NCBI GenBank assembly: GCA_963829055.1
Contig: CAWHHI010000009.1
Location: 96,001-160,000 of the forward strand
Direction: 5' to 3'
Origin: an uncultured Gemmatimonadaceae bacterium
GTDB lineage: Bacteria; Gemmatimonadota; Gemmatimonadetes; Gemmatimonadales; Gemmatimonadaceae
Length of the DNA: 64,000 bases
This document shows, one piece after another, positions 1 through 11,384 of the stretch (positions within the stretch are counted from its first letter, which is position 1; each line of letters opens with the position of its first letter). The notes below the pieces were generated by a model. That model was not told the DNA's origin and made no database searches. It was given only the letters and a program-made list of their open reading frames with translations. A program made the translations under genes and the position numbers.

Positions 1-1137
1 TCACGAGGTTCCCCACACCTCACCGAAGACGCGCATCCAGTTCCCGCCGATGATCTTCTCGACGCGCGTCGCCGAGTGCCCGCGTGTCAGAAGCTGGTCG
101 GCGATCAGCTCCAGCCGCCGCGGCGTGTTGAGGTCCTTCACGAACATGTAGTCCTCCTCGCGCGGCGCGGCGATGCCACGCTGCTTGCGGCCTTCCACGA
201 AGCGACGGTGCTTCGTCTCGTACTCCGCGTTCACGACGTGCGGCGTGATCGAGAGATCGCTGCCGATCCCGACGTGGTCCTCGCCGCAGACCTTGACCGC
301 GTACTCGATCTGCTTGATGAGGTCCGCCGCCATCGGCTGCCCCTGCGCGTTGAGGAACGGCATCATGTAGATCCCGATCACACCGCCCTTGTTCGCCAGC
401 GCGCGCAGGATGTCGTCCGTCTTGCTGCGCGGATGATCGAACACGCCGCGGCAGCCGCTGTGCGTGATCGCCACCGGTCTGGATGACGTGGCGATGCCGT
501 CGGCCGTCGTCTGCAGCCCGCAGTGGCTCAGATCCACCAGCATGCGCAGCTCGTTCATCCGCGCGACCACATCTCGGCCGTGACGACTCAGGCCCGCGTT
601 CGCCGGCTCCAGGCAGCCGTCGCCGAGGAGGTTGCGGTCGTTGTAGGTGAGCTGGATGATGCGGACGCCGAACCGTTGGAAGACGTCGAGGTTCGCCGCG
701 TCGCCCTCGAGCATCGTCGCGTTCTGGAATCCGTAGATGAGCCCGAGGCGCCGCGTCTCCTTCGCGCGATGGAGATCGGCGACGGAGTAGATCTTCATGA
801 GGACGTCGGGATGCGCCTGGAGCTCGCGCTCCCAGTATCCCATGTCGCGGAACGTCGCCGCGACGTTAGGCGCGCTGCTCACGGTCAGGTTCACGGCCGT
901 GATGCCCGACGCTTTCGCGTTGGCGACCATCTCGGGCGTGAGCGGGTTGGCGGTGGCATCCGGCGTGTTGAACGGCCCCGGACTCGCGAGGCAGTCGATG
1001 GCTACCGCGCGCTCGTAGCCCGGCCACCCCGACGACACCCGCTCGGCGGCAGCACCGCGCGCTTCGCGACCGAGGAGCACCGCTCGTGGCGCAAGCGCTG
1101 TTACTCCGGCGAGTTTGGTGAAATCACGGCGATGCAT
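1..1137 (-). CDS. Membrane dipeptidase (peptidase M19 family), Tat-exported
   Basis: Tat signal MHRRDFTKL; M19 motifs IIQLTYN, LVDLSHCG, ITHSGC, HPRSKTD, DHVGIGSD, KIIGGNWMRVF. Confidence 0.85.
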   Translation of the reverse strand: MHRRDFTKLAGVTALAPRAVLLGREARGAAAERVSSGWPGYERAVAIDCLASPGPFNTPDATANPLTPEMVANAKASGITAVNLTVSSAPNVAATFRDMGYWERELQAHPDVLMKIYSVADLHRAKETRRLGLIYGFQNATMLEGDAANLDVFQRFGVRIIQLTYNDRNLLGDGCLEPANAGLSRHGRDVVARMNELRMLVDLSHCGLQTTADGIATSSRPVAITHSGCRGVFDHPRSKTDDILRALANKGGVIGIYMMPFLNAQGQPMAADLIKQIEYAVKVCGEDHVGIGSDLSITPHVVNAEYETKHRRFVEGRKQRGIAAPREEDYMFVKDLNTPRRLELIADQLLTRGHSATRVEKIIGGNWMRVFGEVWGTS

Positions 1138-1168
1138 GGACGAATCACTCCGCGTGTGTGGAGACGAT

Positions 1169-3556
1169 CTACTTCAGCCCCGCGCGCCGCAGCATCGCCT
1201 GAAAGCGTGCGTCCGACCGGAGTGGCGCGAGACGGTTGTCGACGTTCATATAGGCGAGGATCGCCGCATTCGACGTGAAGCCGCGCTCGAGCCACGCGAT
1301 GGCTCGGTCGGCGTCGCCCATCGCGGCGTACATCTGAGCCGGCACCCGCTCGTCCAGGTAATGCTCGCGCGCCGCCGCCTCCACCAGTGCTGCCTCTCGC
1401 TTCGCTTCCGTTCCGCGCCCCAGCCGCGCGAGCGCCGCCGCCATGTGTGCGTGCGTCACCGGCGTTGGGTCGGCCTCGTGTCGGAGCGTGTCGACGAGTG
1501 CGGCGTACTGCCCGTTCGCGAACATCAGGTGCATGCGACAGCGATGGCCGACCGCCGCGGTGACGTCGCCCGCCGACGCGCAGGCCGCGTTCGCGTCGGC
1601 GAGCCGGCCAGCATAGACGAAGTTGACCGGCGCCCAGTAGGCGAGGAACTGTGACAGGGGGTCGATTCGGAACGCGCGATGGAGCACCGCCGCGGCCGAA
1701 TCCGGCCGGCCGGTGGCCGACAGGATGTTGGAGTAGCCCGTTGCCGCGTCCACGAGCGTCGAGTCGAGGGCGAGCGCGCGCACCCACTCGCGCTCGCCCT
1801 CGGCGTAGTCGCGGTCGTAGTAGGCCAACAGCGATGCATGCTGCGCGTGTGCGTCGGCAAGCGTGGAGTCGATGGCGAGCGCGCGCGCGACGGCCGTGCG
1901 GATGTGCGGCAGCGCCTCCGTCGCCGGAACGAAATCGTCGGCCAATCGGATCCACGCCTCTCCGAGTCCGCTCCAGGCGGCGGCGTACGTCGAGTCGAGA
2001 GCGAGCGCTTGCTCGTAGAGTGCGACGGAGCGGCGCAGCGATGGCCCGGTGTACACGTCGGCCAGGTACTGCGCGCGCAGCACGAGATCGTGCGCCTCGG
2101 CGCTCTCCGTGCCCTGACGCGAAGGTCGAAGCGTGCCGGCGAACCTAACGCTCAGCGCCGACGCGATGGCTCGTGCGACTTCGTCCTGGACGCGGAAAGC
2201 GTCCTTCATGTCGCGCGCGTACGTCTCGCTCCAGAGCTGCGTGCCATCGGTCACGTCCACGAGCTCCACCGACAGGCGAAGCTGCTGACCTTGCCGCCGT
2301 ACTCGGCCCGCGAGTACGGAACCCACGTTCAGTCGCCGGCCCGCGTCGCGCACGTCCACCCGACCGCGCGTATCGATGAGCGAAGCCGCGCTCCGCGATG
2401 CGACACGCAGTCCCGGTACTCGTGCCAGGGCGCCCGTGACTTCGTCTGTCATGCCGGCGGCGAAGTACGCGTTGGCCGTATCGCCCCCAACGTCTACCAG
2501 CGGCAATACCGCAACCGACTTCGCCGGCGCCGCGGTAGTGGCCGCGAGTGGAGCAGGTGAGGAAGCATCGCGCCGCAGGAGAATGGTGGTGGCACTCACC
2601 GCGACCACCACTAGCGCAGCCGCGGCCCCCCACCTGAGCCAGCGCCGCGGCCGAGGGAGGCTGACGCGCGATACCAACTCGGTGGGTGTGGTAACCGCTT
2701 CGAGCTCGGCGAGCACTTCGTCTCCGGACTGCGGCCGGTCAGCGGGGTGCTTCTCGAGCAGGCGCATAACGAGTACCGACAGCCGGTCGGGTACATTGGC
2801 TCGGCGGTTCGAGAGCGGCTCGGGGGCCTCCGTCGCGTGCGCCGCCACGAGCGCCTGCATCGAACGCCCGACGTACGGATGAGTTCCGGCGATGAGCTCG
2901 TAGGCGATCACGCCGAGTGCGTAGAGGTCTGCTCGATGATCGGCCGTGGAGTCACCGAGTGCCTGTTCGGGCGCCATGTAGGCTGGCGTCCCGAGTGCGA
3001 CACCGGCCGACGTCAGCGCTCCGTATCCGTCGGTGCCGCCGTCGGTCGCCGCGACGAGCGCTTTGGCGATGCCGAAGTCGGCGACGAGCGCGTCACCGTC
3101 CTCACCGAGCAGGATGTTCTCCGGCTTGACGTCGCGGTGGACGACGCCGCGCCGGTGCGCGTACGCGAGCGCCCGTGCCACGTCACGCAGTACCCGTACG
3201 ACGACACCAATCGGGAGCGCACCATCGCGGGCGAGGCGGCCGCGGAGGGTCTCGCCCGCGACGAACGGCATCGTATAGTACAGCAGGCCGTCGCTCTCTC
3301 CGGCGTTGAGCAGCGGAACGACGTGCGGGTGCTGGAGGCCGGCGGCCAGCTGGACCTCTCGTCGAAACCGCTCGGCGCTCACGAGCCCCAATGTCTCGGG
3401 CGGCAGCACCTTGACCACCACACGACGTCCGAGAGTAGTCTCGACGGCCATGAAGACGCGGCTCATTCCCCCGCCACCGAGCTCTCGCTCGATGGAGTAG
3501 GTACTACCGAGCGTTGTCCGGAGGTGCTCCCCCAGGTCGTTCTTCATGGCCCGCAC
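1169..3556 (-). CDS. Ser/Thr protein kinase with TM helix, TolB-like domain and TPR repeats
   Basis: ELGGGGMSRVF, VVVKVL, HRDVKPEN, DFGIAK, GTPAYMAPE; TM WGAAAALVVVAV; KSVAVLPL..GMTDEV..RVASRS; TPR-like C-terminus. Start may be the ATG at 3547. Confidence 0.9.
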   Translation of the reverse strand: MRAMKNDLGEHLRTTLGSTYSIERELGGGGMSRVFMAVETTLGRRVVVKVLPPETLGLVSAERFRREVQLAAGLQHPHVVPLLNAGESDGLLYYTMPFVAGETLRGRLARDGALPIGVVVRVLRDVARALAYAHRRGVVHRDVKPENILLGEDGDALVADFGIAKALVAATDGGTDGYGALTSAGVALGTPAYMAPEQALGDSTADHRADLYALGVIAYELIAGTHPYVGRSMQALVAAHATEAPEPLSNRRANVPDRLSVLVMRLLEKHPADRPQSGDEVLAELEAVTTPTELVSRVSLPRPRRWLRWGAAAALVVVAVSATTILLRRDASSPAPLAATTAAPAKSVAVLPLVDVGGDTANAYFAAGMTDEVTGALARVPGLRVASRSAASLIDTRGRVDVRDAGRRLNVGSVLAGRVRRQGQQLRLSVELVDVTDGTQLWSETYARDMKDAFRVQDEVARAIASALSVRFAGTLRPSRQGTESAEAHDLVLRAQYLADVYTGPSLRRSVALYEQALALDSTYAAAWSGLGEAWIRLADDFVPATEALPHIRTAVARALAIDSTLADAHAQHASLLAYYDRDYAEGEREWVRALALDSTLVDAATGYSNILSATGRPDSAAAVLHRAFRIDPLSQFLAYWAPVNFVYAGRLADANAACASAGDVTAAVGHRCRMHLMFANGQYAALVDTLRHEADPTPVTHAHMAAALARLGRGTEAKREAALVEAAAREHYLDERVPAQMYAAMGDADRAIAWLERGFTSNAAILAYMNVDNRLAPLRSDARFQAMLRRAGLK

Positions 3557-3659
3557 CTCCGCGTCGCCGCCCAGCCAAGTTACGATGCGGGGTCACGCCC
3601 GCCAACAAGAGGTCCTCAGCCTCGAAGCCTAGGCGAGCCGTCCGGCGAGCGTGTGCAAG

Positions 3660-3990
3660 GGTCGAGTAGGCGGCAACCCGAGCCGCGATGCGATGAACGC
3701 CCACTGGTCCACCGATTCCGCGATGGCGGACGACTGCGAGGCGTAGCTATGGCTCGCGTTGCTCGAGACCGCGGAGCGCTGATGGGGCGGCTGCACTCCT
3801 GCGCCGCCTGGAGGGCCGCCGCGAACTTGTACGCGTGACTCGGCACCACGCGGTCGTCGTGGTCGCCCGTGAGCAGCATTGCGCGGGATAGCAGACGCCG
3901 TTCCTCACGTTATGCAGCGGTGAGTACGCGTGGCAGATAGCGGAACGCCACCGAGTCGTGCAGGCGAGCCATACTCGGGAATCGACCCCG
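3660..3990 (-). pseudogene. C-terminal remnant of a prolyl oligopeptidase (S9A)
   Basis: Broken frames read IPEYGSP, AYSPLHNV..CYPA, LLTGDHDDRVVPSHAYKFAAALQ, SHSY..DQWAFI; the GxSxG nucleophile region and propeller are missing; boundaries approximate. Confidence 0.75.
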
Positions 3991-4188
3991 CGCTGCATGG
4001 ATCAAGTCGCTGGGTTCGGGGCGGCAAGGCACGATGTGATTCTCGTCCGACCGATGAGGCTGTCCAGTGACACGTGACCGCGCGCGCTTTTCTTCTCACC
4101 GACCAATCCCGGATTGGACTCGAGGGCGGCCGGTCCACTGGCCGCCCTCGAACCACCGAGACCCATGCCTAACGAACTGCGGTACGGT

Positions 4189-5372
4189 TCAGAATGGGCT
4201 GGGAGTCAGCAGCTGTCCTTCGGCTACTGGACTGATCGTGAACACGCGAGAGGCGCTGCCCGTCTTTCCAGCGTTGTCGGTGACGCGCGCCGTGGCCGTG
4301 ACCGTCGTCTTGCCATCCGGCAGGATGAACGAGCCACCCGCGACCCAGCTCGCCGTCGTGGTGACGATGCCATTGCCGCGATGATCCAGCGTGCTGCCCG
4401 CGATGTCGAACGCGGGCGCCAGATTCTGGCCGGCCGGGACGATGACGCCGTTCCCGCGCTTGAAGTCGACGTCGAACGTGAGGCTCAGGCCGCGGAAGTT
4501 GCGATTCTCGCCCGTGCCGCCGAACTGGCTGCCGTCGCGGATGAGTCCCACCGTGGGGCTGATGCCTTCCCCGTTCTCGTTGACGCCGATGCCAGCGCCG
4601 CTGCGATCGGACGCCGAGATCTGGAAGAACAGGAAGGACGGGGTCGTGGCCGTGCCCGTGCCTAACGCCAGGCTCGACTGGTCACGCGGGCCGACCAGCG
4701 TCACTTCGGGTCCGTCAATGTCGTCCAGGCCATCTCCGCCAAGCAGTTCTGGCGACGCGGGCGTCAGCGCCTGTCCGCTCGTGCCGTGCTTGTCGACCTT
4801 CACCTTCACCACATCCGTGCTGATATGGCCCGCCGCGTCGCGCACGCTCGCCGTGATGTTGAAGCTCTTCACGTCCTCGCCGAACGACTCGAGCACGTGC
4901 CAGCCGGTCCAGATCGTCACACCGGCGCCCGGCGAGTCATCGGAGCCGAGGGTGTTGAAGAGGTTCGCCAGGTTGGTGTTCTTGGGGATGATGCTGCCGT
5001 CCGGCTTGATCATGTCTTCGTCAATGAAGACGCTGAGGCCCGGGAAGTTGGGGTTGGCTTGTCCCAGGAGGTCCGTGTTGCGGATGTTGATGCTCTCGTT
5101 GGCGGCAACATCGGCCGCGTCTTTCGTCACGGTCTCGATGATGATCGTGAACGCCGATCCACCGGCGGGCGACCCCTGTTCCGTAGGCGCCCTTCACCAC
5201 CGGCCACGACGTCGTTGGTGACCGGGGAGGTGATTCGTACGACCGGACCATTCGATTCGATCACGCCGCCGTCGCCGTTTCCTGGCGCGGTGACTGGCTT
5301 GCTGTAGTCCTGACACGCGGCCGCCGCGGCGGCTGCAGCAATCAGGACGAGTTGCTTCGTGGTGACCCGCAT
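4189..5372 (-). CDS. Uncharacterised lipoprotein with two tandem homologous beta-rich domains (frameshifted near 5130-5200)
   Basis: Lipobox AAAAC-QD in ORF 5127..5372 joins ORF 4189..5130; internal repeat NPNFPGLS..NLANLF / NRNFRGLS..NLAPAF. Confidence 0.65.
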
Positions 5373-5504
5373 CCTGTCCTCTTCATCAAATTGGTTGTTG
5401 GAGCAATGCGCTCCGTGTATTGCGTCGCGATATGCAAACGGATCACTTCAGCCCGACCGGTCATTTCACGCGCGTCCTTTACACTTCTGACACATGGTGG
5501 CCGA

Positions 5505-5602
5505 GTGCGTTCGCCGCATGAAATCGTGCGTTCGCCGCATGCAGTCGCGCTCGCCGTATCAGGGTGCGCACTCGCCGCATGAAGTCGCGTACTCGCCGCA
5601 TG
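5505..5602 (+). repeat. Five ~21-bp tandem repeats with core TCGCCGCATG
   Basis: Cores at 5511, 5532, 5551 (TCGCCGTATC), 5572, 5593 in a divergent intergenic region. Confidence 0.85.
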
Positions 5603-5920
5603 TATGGCGGCGAGCAGACAGTGCGTGCACCGCGCCTGGTATGACAACCATGCCGCGTCAGGTGGGGCGCGGCTGCATACGGATGAGCGCGCCTAACGCT
5701 GATCGACCCGATGGGGCGCGCCTCGCGCGGGCGCCCGTTTCAGGTTCACGCGCGTTCGAAGCGTCTCCGCGTCACTCGGCGTTGCGAGGCGGACACCATG
5801 CGTCACGCCGTCGCCGCAAGCACGCTGAAGCCGCAGAACGGAACGCGGCCTTCCAATTGGTCATGTCGCCGTCGCTGTAGTGCGGTAGGTTGAACACGTG
5901 CTTTCCCGGGTGATGACCAC

Positions 5921-8900
5921 GTGACTCGTACGCCTCTCTTCTCGCTCTCGATCGCGAGCATCCTGTTCGCATCCCTCGTCGGCCCTCATGCGACGCAGCC
6001 CATCGAGCCACGCCTCCTGGCCGGTCTCACGTGGCGCAACGTCGGCCCCTTCCGCGGCGGGCGAGTCGCCGCCGTGAGCGGCGTGATCGGCCAACCCGGC
6101 GTCTTCTACATCGGACTTCCAGGCGGCGGCGTGTGGAAGACCACGAGCGCGGGGCAGACCTGGTATCCGGTGTTCGACTCCGTCACTGCCGTGTCGTCGA
6201 TCGGCGCCGTGGAGGTCGCGCCGTCGGACCCGAACATCGTGTACGCCGGCACGGGCGATCTGATCACCGGCCTGGGGATCAACGAGGGAAACGGCGTCTA
6301 CAAGTCCACCGACGCCGGCGCGACGTGGCAGCACATGGGGCTCGACGAGACGCAAGCAGATCCCGTCGATGCTCGTCGATCCACGCGATCCGAACGTCGT
6401 GCTCGTCGCCGCGCAGGGCGACGTCCACAAGAAGACGCGACGTCCGCGGCGTGTTCCGCTCCACCGACGGCGGGCGGACGTGGACGAAGACGCTGTACGT
6501 GGACGACGAGACCGGCATCCAGAAGCTCGCGCGCGCGTTCGACGTGCCTAACGTGATCTTCGCGACGACCGTGCCGCACTACCAGTCGCCGACGCCGAGG
6601 CCTCGCCCGGCGGCGGATACAGGCCGGACCGGGACCGCGCTGTACAAGTCGACCGACGGCGGCGTCACCTGGAAGGAGATCACCGGCGGCGGACTGCCGC
6701 GCATGCGGGGACGCACGTCGATCGCCGTCGCGATGAACACGAACGCGCAGCGGGTGTTCATCATCACGAACTTGGGGCTCTGGCGCTCCGACGACGGCGG
6801 CACCACGTGGCGCCAGATGGCCGCGGACGATCGAGCGCATTCGCAACGGCCAGGGCGGCTACAACTGCGGCGTCTACGTCGACACGAAGAATCCCGACAT
6901 CGTCTACACGATCAGCACGACGAGCTACAAGTCCACCGACGGCGGCAAGACGTTCACCGGCTTCAAGGGCGGCTACAGCGGCGACGACCCGCAGCAGATG
7001 TGGATCGACCCCACGGACAGCAAGCGCATGCTCGTCGGCTTCGATCAGGGCGCGGTCGTGACGCTCGACGCCGGCGCGACGTGGAGCTCGTGGTACAATC
7101 AGTCCACGGAGCAGATCTATCACATCTCCACCGACAACTCCTATCCGTACTGGATCTACGCGACGCAGCAGGACGCCGGCGCCATCCGCACGCGGAGCCG
7201 CGGCAACCTCGGCGCAATCACTCCGCTGGACTGGAGTCCCGTGCCGGGATGGGAGTGGGGCACGATCGTCGCCGATCCGCTCGATCCTAACGTGGTGTAC
7301 GGGAGCGGGAACGGCATCGTGAAGATCACGTATCCGAGCGAGCAGTGGATCGACGTGAGCCCGGGCGTCGGATCCGAGCCTCGGCGCTGCAGGCAGGGCA
7401 TCTCGGAGCCGATCGTGTGGGCGCCGTGGAACCAGCGCGAGCTGCTCGCGGGATTCCAGTATCTCATGGCCACGACCGACGGCGGCGTGCACTGGCGCAA
7501 GCTGAGCCCCGACCTCGGGCGTTCCGCCTAACGACTCGACGTGCGCGCGCGGCACCGGTCCGCGCCCGCCTGGCGGCGTGATCGAGTCGATCTCCCGTCC
7601 ACCGTGGCGCGCGGGCACGATCTGGGTCGGCACGAACAACGGGCTGATCAAGCTCACGCGGGACGACGGGGAAGACGTGGACCGACGTGTCGATCCCGGA
7701 TCTGCCGACGCCGAGACGTGCGATCATCGCGTACGTCGACGCGTCGCATCACGACGCCGGCACGGCGTACGTGGCGGTGGATCTCCACAACCCCGGCGAC
7801 TACGCGCCGTATCTGTACCGAACGCGCGACTTCGGGAAGACGTGGACGAGGATCGTGACCGACCTCCCGACCGGGCAGCCGAGTGGGAGCTTCGCGCGCG
7901 CGATCCGCGCGGACACGAAGAGGGCAGGGCTCCTGTTCGCGGGAACGGAGAGCGGGATGTACGTGTCGTTCGACGACGGCGACCACTGGCAACCGCTGGG
8001 CGGATCTGCCTAACACGTCGTACCGCGACATCGCGATCAAGGGCAACGACCTCATCGTCGCGACGTATGGCCGCGGCCTCTGGGTGCTCGATGACATCTC
8101 GATGCTCGGCAGCTCGACGCCGGCGGTGGCGAGCGAGCCCGCGCATCTGTTCAAGCCGGGCGACGCGGTGCGGGTGCGCCGCAACGTGAACGCGAACACG
8201 CCGTTCCCGAAGGAGGTGCCGCACGCGCTCAACCCGTCGGGTGGCGTGATGATCGACTACACGCTCGCGCTCGGCGCCGCAGGGCGAGATCACGCTCGAC
8301 GTGCTGGACGCGTCTGGTGCGGTCGTCAGGCACATGTCGAGCGGGCCGGCGCATCCGGTGCCTGAGGCGGCGAGGCCGACGCTGCCCAACTTCTGGGAGG
8401 CGTCGCCGCTCGTGCTGCCGACGAAGGTCGGGGCGAACCGCGTGAGCTGGGATCTCAGGTACGACGCGCCGCCGGTGTTCGCGCACACGTTCGAGCTCAG
8501 CGCCAATCCGGGGCTGACGCCACCGTCGCCGGAGGGGCCGCTCGTGCTTCCGGGAACGTACACGGTTCGCCTGACGGTGGATGGACGGGCGTACACGCAG
8601 ACGGTTGCGGTGCGGCCGGATCCGAGGTCGGCGGCGACGCCTGCCGCGCTACAGGCGCAGCATGTGCTGGTCATGAAGCTCGTAAAGGGGATGAGGGTGA
8701 CGTTGGAGGGGTATCAGCAGGCTTCCACGCTTCGAGATGCGGCGCATCGGGCCGTGCCACCTAACGCGAGTACGGAAGTGACGGCGGCGCTCGCCGCTCT
8801 GGATGCGGCGATTGACTCCGTGACAGGCGATACGGCTGCGGCTCGAGCCTTCCACCTTGCGGGCGGTCCTGCGCCTGCGCCCAGATTCGTGGACGTGAAT

Positions 8901-9131
8901 GTCGCGCTGGCCTCCCAGCTCCTGGCACAGGACTACGCTGATCTCGCGCCAACGCCGGCGATGCTGGCGGGATTGGCGAAGACCTGTGCCGCGTTAGGGA
9001 CGACGGTGCGCAACTGGCAACGCGTGGTCACGCGCGACGTTCCTGCTTTCAGCGCGGTGCTCCGGCGAAATCAGATGGCGAATGTCCTGGCGACGCCCAG
9101 CCCGGTCGCGGCGCCCGAGTGTGGGGGCTAG
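5921..9131 (+). CDS. Secreted VPS10/sortilin-like BNR-repeat protein (glycosyl hydrolase-like), multiple frameshifts
   Basis: Signal peptide; WRNVGPFRGGRV, GGVWKTTSAGQTW, repeated YKSTDGG.TW Asp-boxes, GRGLWVLDD, G.NRVSWDLRY, PGTYTVRLTVDG spread over successive frames. Confidence 0.85.
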
Positions 9132-9140
9132 CGCCGTTCC

Positions 9141-10115
9141 TTACCTCGCCACGCGATGCTTGGCGATCGCCTCGCGAACCCTGTCCCACCCTTCGGGGTG
9201 CTCGCCGAAGACGCTCTCCTTCCAATCGTTCAGGTAGTAGTCGACCGAGAGACCGTGCTGGTTGACGACGTCCAGCTTCGCACCCTTCTCGATCAGGTAG
9301 AGCGCCGAGTCCCACTGCCGGGTCCCGATGAAACGCACGACCGCCGGCGTCCCGTCTGACTGGATGCGATCGATGTCCGCGCCGTTGTCGACGAACGCGC
9401 GCACCATCTCCGCATCGTCAGAGATCTCGCCCAGCGGCGTGTTACCGCTACGCGGGTCGACCGCGTTCGGATCCGCGCCATGCTCGAGCAACGCGCGCAT
9501 CGCGTCGTGCGCCGCCGGAGTGCGGCCATAGATCAGGTAGCTGGGCGGACTCTCGCCGCTCGCCATCTTCGTAGTGCGCGGGTCGGCGCCCGCGGCGAGC
9601 AGCGCGCGAACCGGTCCCGATCCACCCTCCTTCTCGCGCACGACGACGATCGCGTATGCGAGCAGGTCGTTCCCCGCGCGGTCCGTTCCTTCGGGCGGAC
9701 GCTTGCCGCCTAACAACTGCACCAGTGTCGCGGAGTCGTTCGCGGCGATCGCACGCGCCATCGACGCCAGCGTCGCGTCCTTGAAGTCGCCGACGCGCGC
9801 CTCGTCGTCGGCAAACCGACGGCTCTTATTCGCCCGCATCACCGGATCGGCGATGAAGAACACCAGCGGCCACGCGAGAATGACGGTCAGCGTGATCAGC
9901 CCCATCGTCGACTCCCTCCGCGCCGCAACCTTGAGCAACAGACCGGCACCGGCAAGCAATGCGAGGACGAACAGCACCGCAAAGATGCCGAGCCCGGGTC
10001 CGGCCTCGGGGCTCGACGTGCGCTCGGTGGAGACCCGCACGAGCCAATAGAGCAGCACGGCGAGCAGGATGCCCCAGAGCGTCCAGTTGACGGGGACGAG
10101 TATGCGCGTGTTCAC
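9141..10115 (-). CDS. Membrane-anchored ankyrin-repeat protein
   Basis: Three N-terminal hydrophobic helices; ankyrin motifs LLAAGADP, LLEHGADPN..GNTPL, VDNGADID, LIEKGAKLD. Confidence 0.8.
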   Translation of the reverse strand: MNTRILVPVNWTLWGILLAVLLYWLVRVSTERTSSPEAGPGLGIFAVLFVLALLAGAGLLLKVAARRESTMGLITLTVILAWPLVFFIADPVMRANKSRRFADDEARVGDFKDATLASMARAIAANDSATLVQLLGGKRPPEGTDRAGNDLLAYAIVVVREKEGGSGPVRALLAAGADPRTTKMASGESPPSYLIYGRTPAAHDAMRALLEHGADPNAVDPRSGNTPLGEISDDAEMVRAFVDNGADIDRIQSDGTPAVVRFIGTRQWDSALYLIEKGAKLDVVNQHGLSVDYYLNDWKESVFGEHPEGWDRVREAIAKHRVAR

Positions 10116-10243
10116 GGACTTTACGATGTGGGCCGACCGCCGCGCTCGTCCAGCCTTCCGGGTGAGCGTGACGCTGGACTCGTACCTTCACCGCCGATAA
10201 CGTGATGGATGACGTGATGCCTCCCCCAACGCGCGTGCCTGCC

Positions 10244-11354
10244 ATGCTCGACCTGATTCGCCGCACCGCCATTCTCCGGTTGCTCCCGCTGTTCTCGCTG
10301 CTCGGGCCGTCGCTCGCATCAGCCCAGCGGCACGACACGCCCAGCTTCACCGTGGGCACCGTGACCGCGCAGCGCGGCACGACAGCAACCGGCACCATCG
10401 CGGTACCCGCCGGCACCGACTCCGGGCTCTCGATTCCAGTGGCCGTGATCCACGGCGCGCGACCGGGCCCGATCGTCGCATTCGTCGCCGGAAGCCACGG
10501 CACCGAGTACAGCTCCATCGTCGCCCTGCAGCGGCTGATCCCGCGCATCGACGCGAAATCGCTCGCCGGCACGGTGATCATCGTTCCGATCATCAATATC
10601 GCGTCGTTCGAGCAGATGACGCCGCATCTCAATCCGGTCGACCGGAAGAGCATGAACGGGAATTACCCGGGCGATCCCAACGGGACACAGTCACAGCGGG
10701 CACTGGCGCTCATCACGAGCCAGGTCGTCGTGCCAGCGGACGTCGTCGTCGATCTCCACGGCGGAGACCTCGACGAGAATCTCCGCCCGTACAGCTACTG
10801 GTTCCGCGGCGGGCGCGCGGCGCAGGACTCGGCGGGGCTCAAGCTCGCGCTCGCGTTCGGGCTCGACCACATCATCGTCACCGACGTGAATCCCGATGCG
10901 CCTAACGCCGGACGATCGCTCTCGTCGCAGGCGCTGGTTCGCGGGAAGACGGTGCTTGGTCGCCGAAGCGGGCCGCAGCGGGATCGTTGCGCCGAGTGAC
11001 ATCACCGCGCTCGTCGATGGCTCGCTCAACGTGCTCGGCCAACTCGGGATGCTGCAGCGGCAGGTGCATCGGGTCGCGAATCCGATCTGGCTCGATGGCG
11101 CGGGGCCGAGGATCGCCGCCGACAGCACGAGCGTCTTCTTCGCCTCGGTCGACCGCGACGCCCGGGTGAAGAAAGGACAGGTGCTCGGCTACACCACGGA
11201 TCTCCTGGGAAAGAAGACCGGTGACGTGGTCGCGCCGATCGATGGACTGGTCACGTTCATTCGCGGCGTGCCGTCCGCCGCGCCGCGCGCGACTCTGGCG
11301 ACCGTGCTCGCGATCCTTCCATCACCACGTCCGTGGAAGGCTCCGACGCCGTGA
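10244..11354 (+). CDS. Succinylglutamate desuccinylase/aspartoacylase family (M14-like) hydrolase, frameshift near 10960
   Basis: AGSHGTEY, NGNYPGDPNGT, VVDLHGG, EAG; C-terminal biotinyl-like VKKGQVLG..VVAPIDG. Confidence 0.85.
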
Positions 11355-11384
11355 TCATCGTCGCGCGGCGGACCTGCAATAGCG

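Noticed and set aside
5505..5602. Possible mini-CRISPR array
   Set aside because: The 10-bp core and ~11-bp related linkers are far too short, and there are no cas genes.
5921..9131. Mass pseudogenisation or programmed frameshifting (also 13.9-17.3, 28.9-30.3 and 53.8-55.7 kb)
   Set aside because: Indels cluster in patches across unrelated genes whose motifs are otherwise intact, and I saw no slippery sites. Uncorrected long-read error is the simpler explanation.
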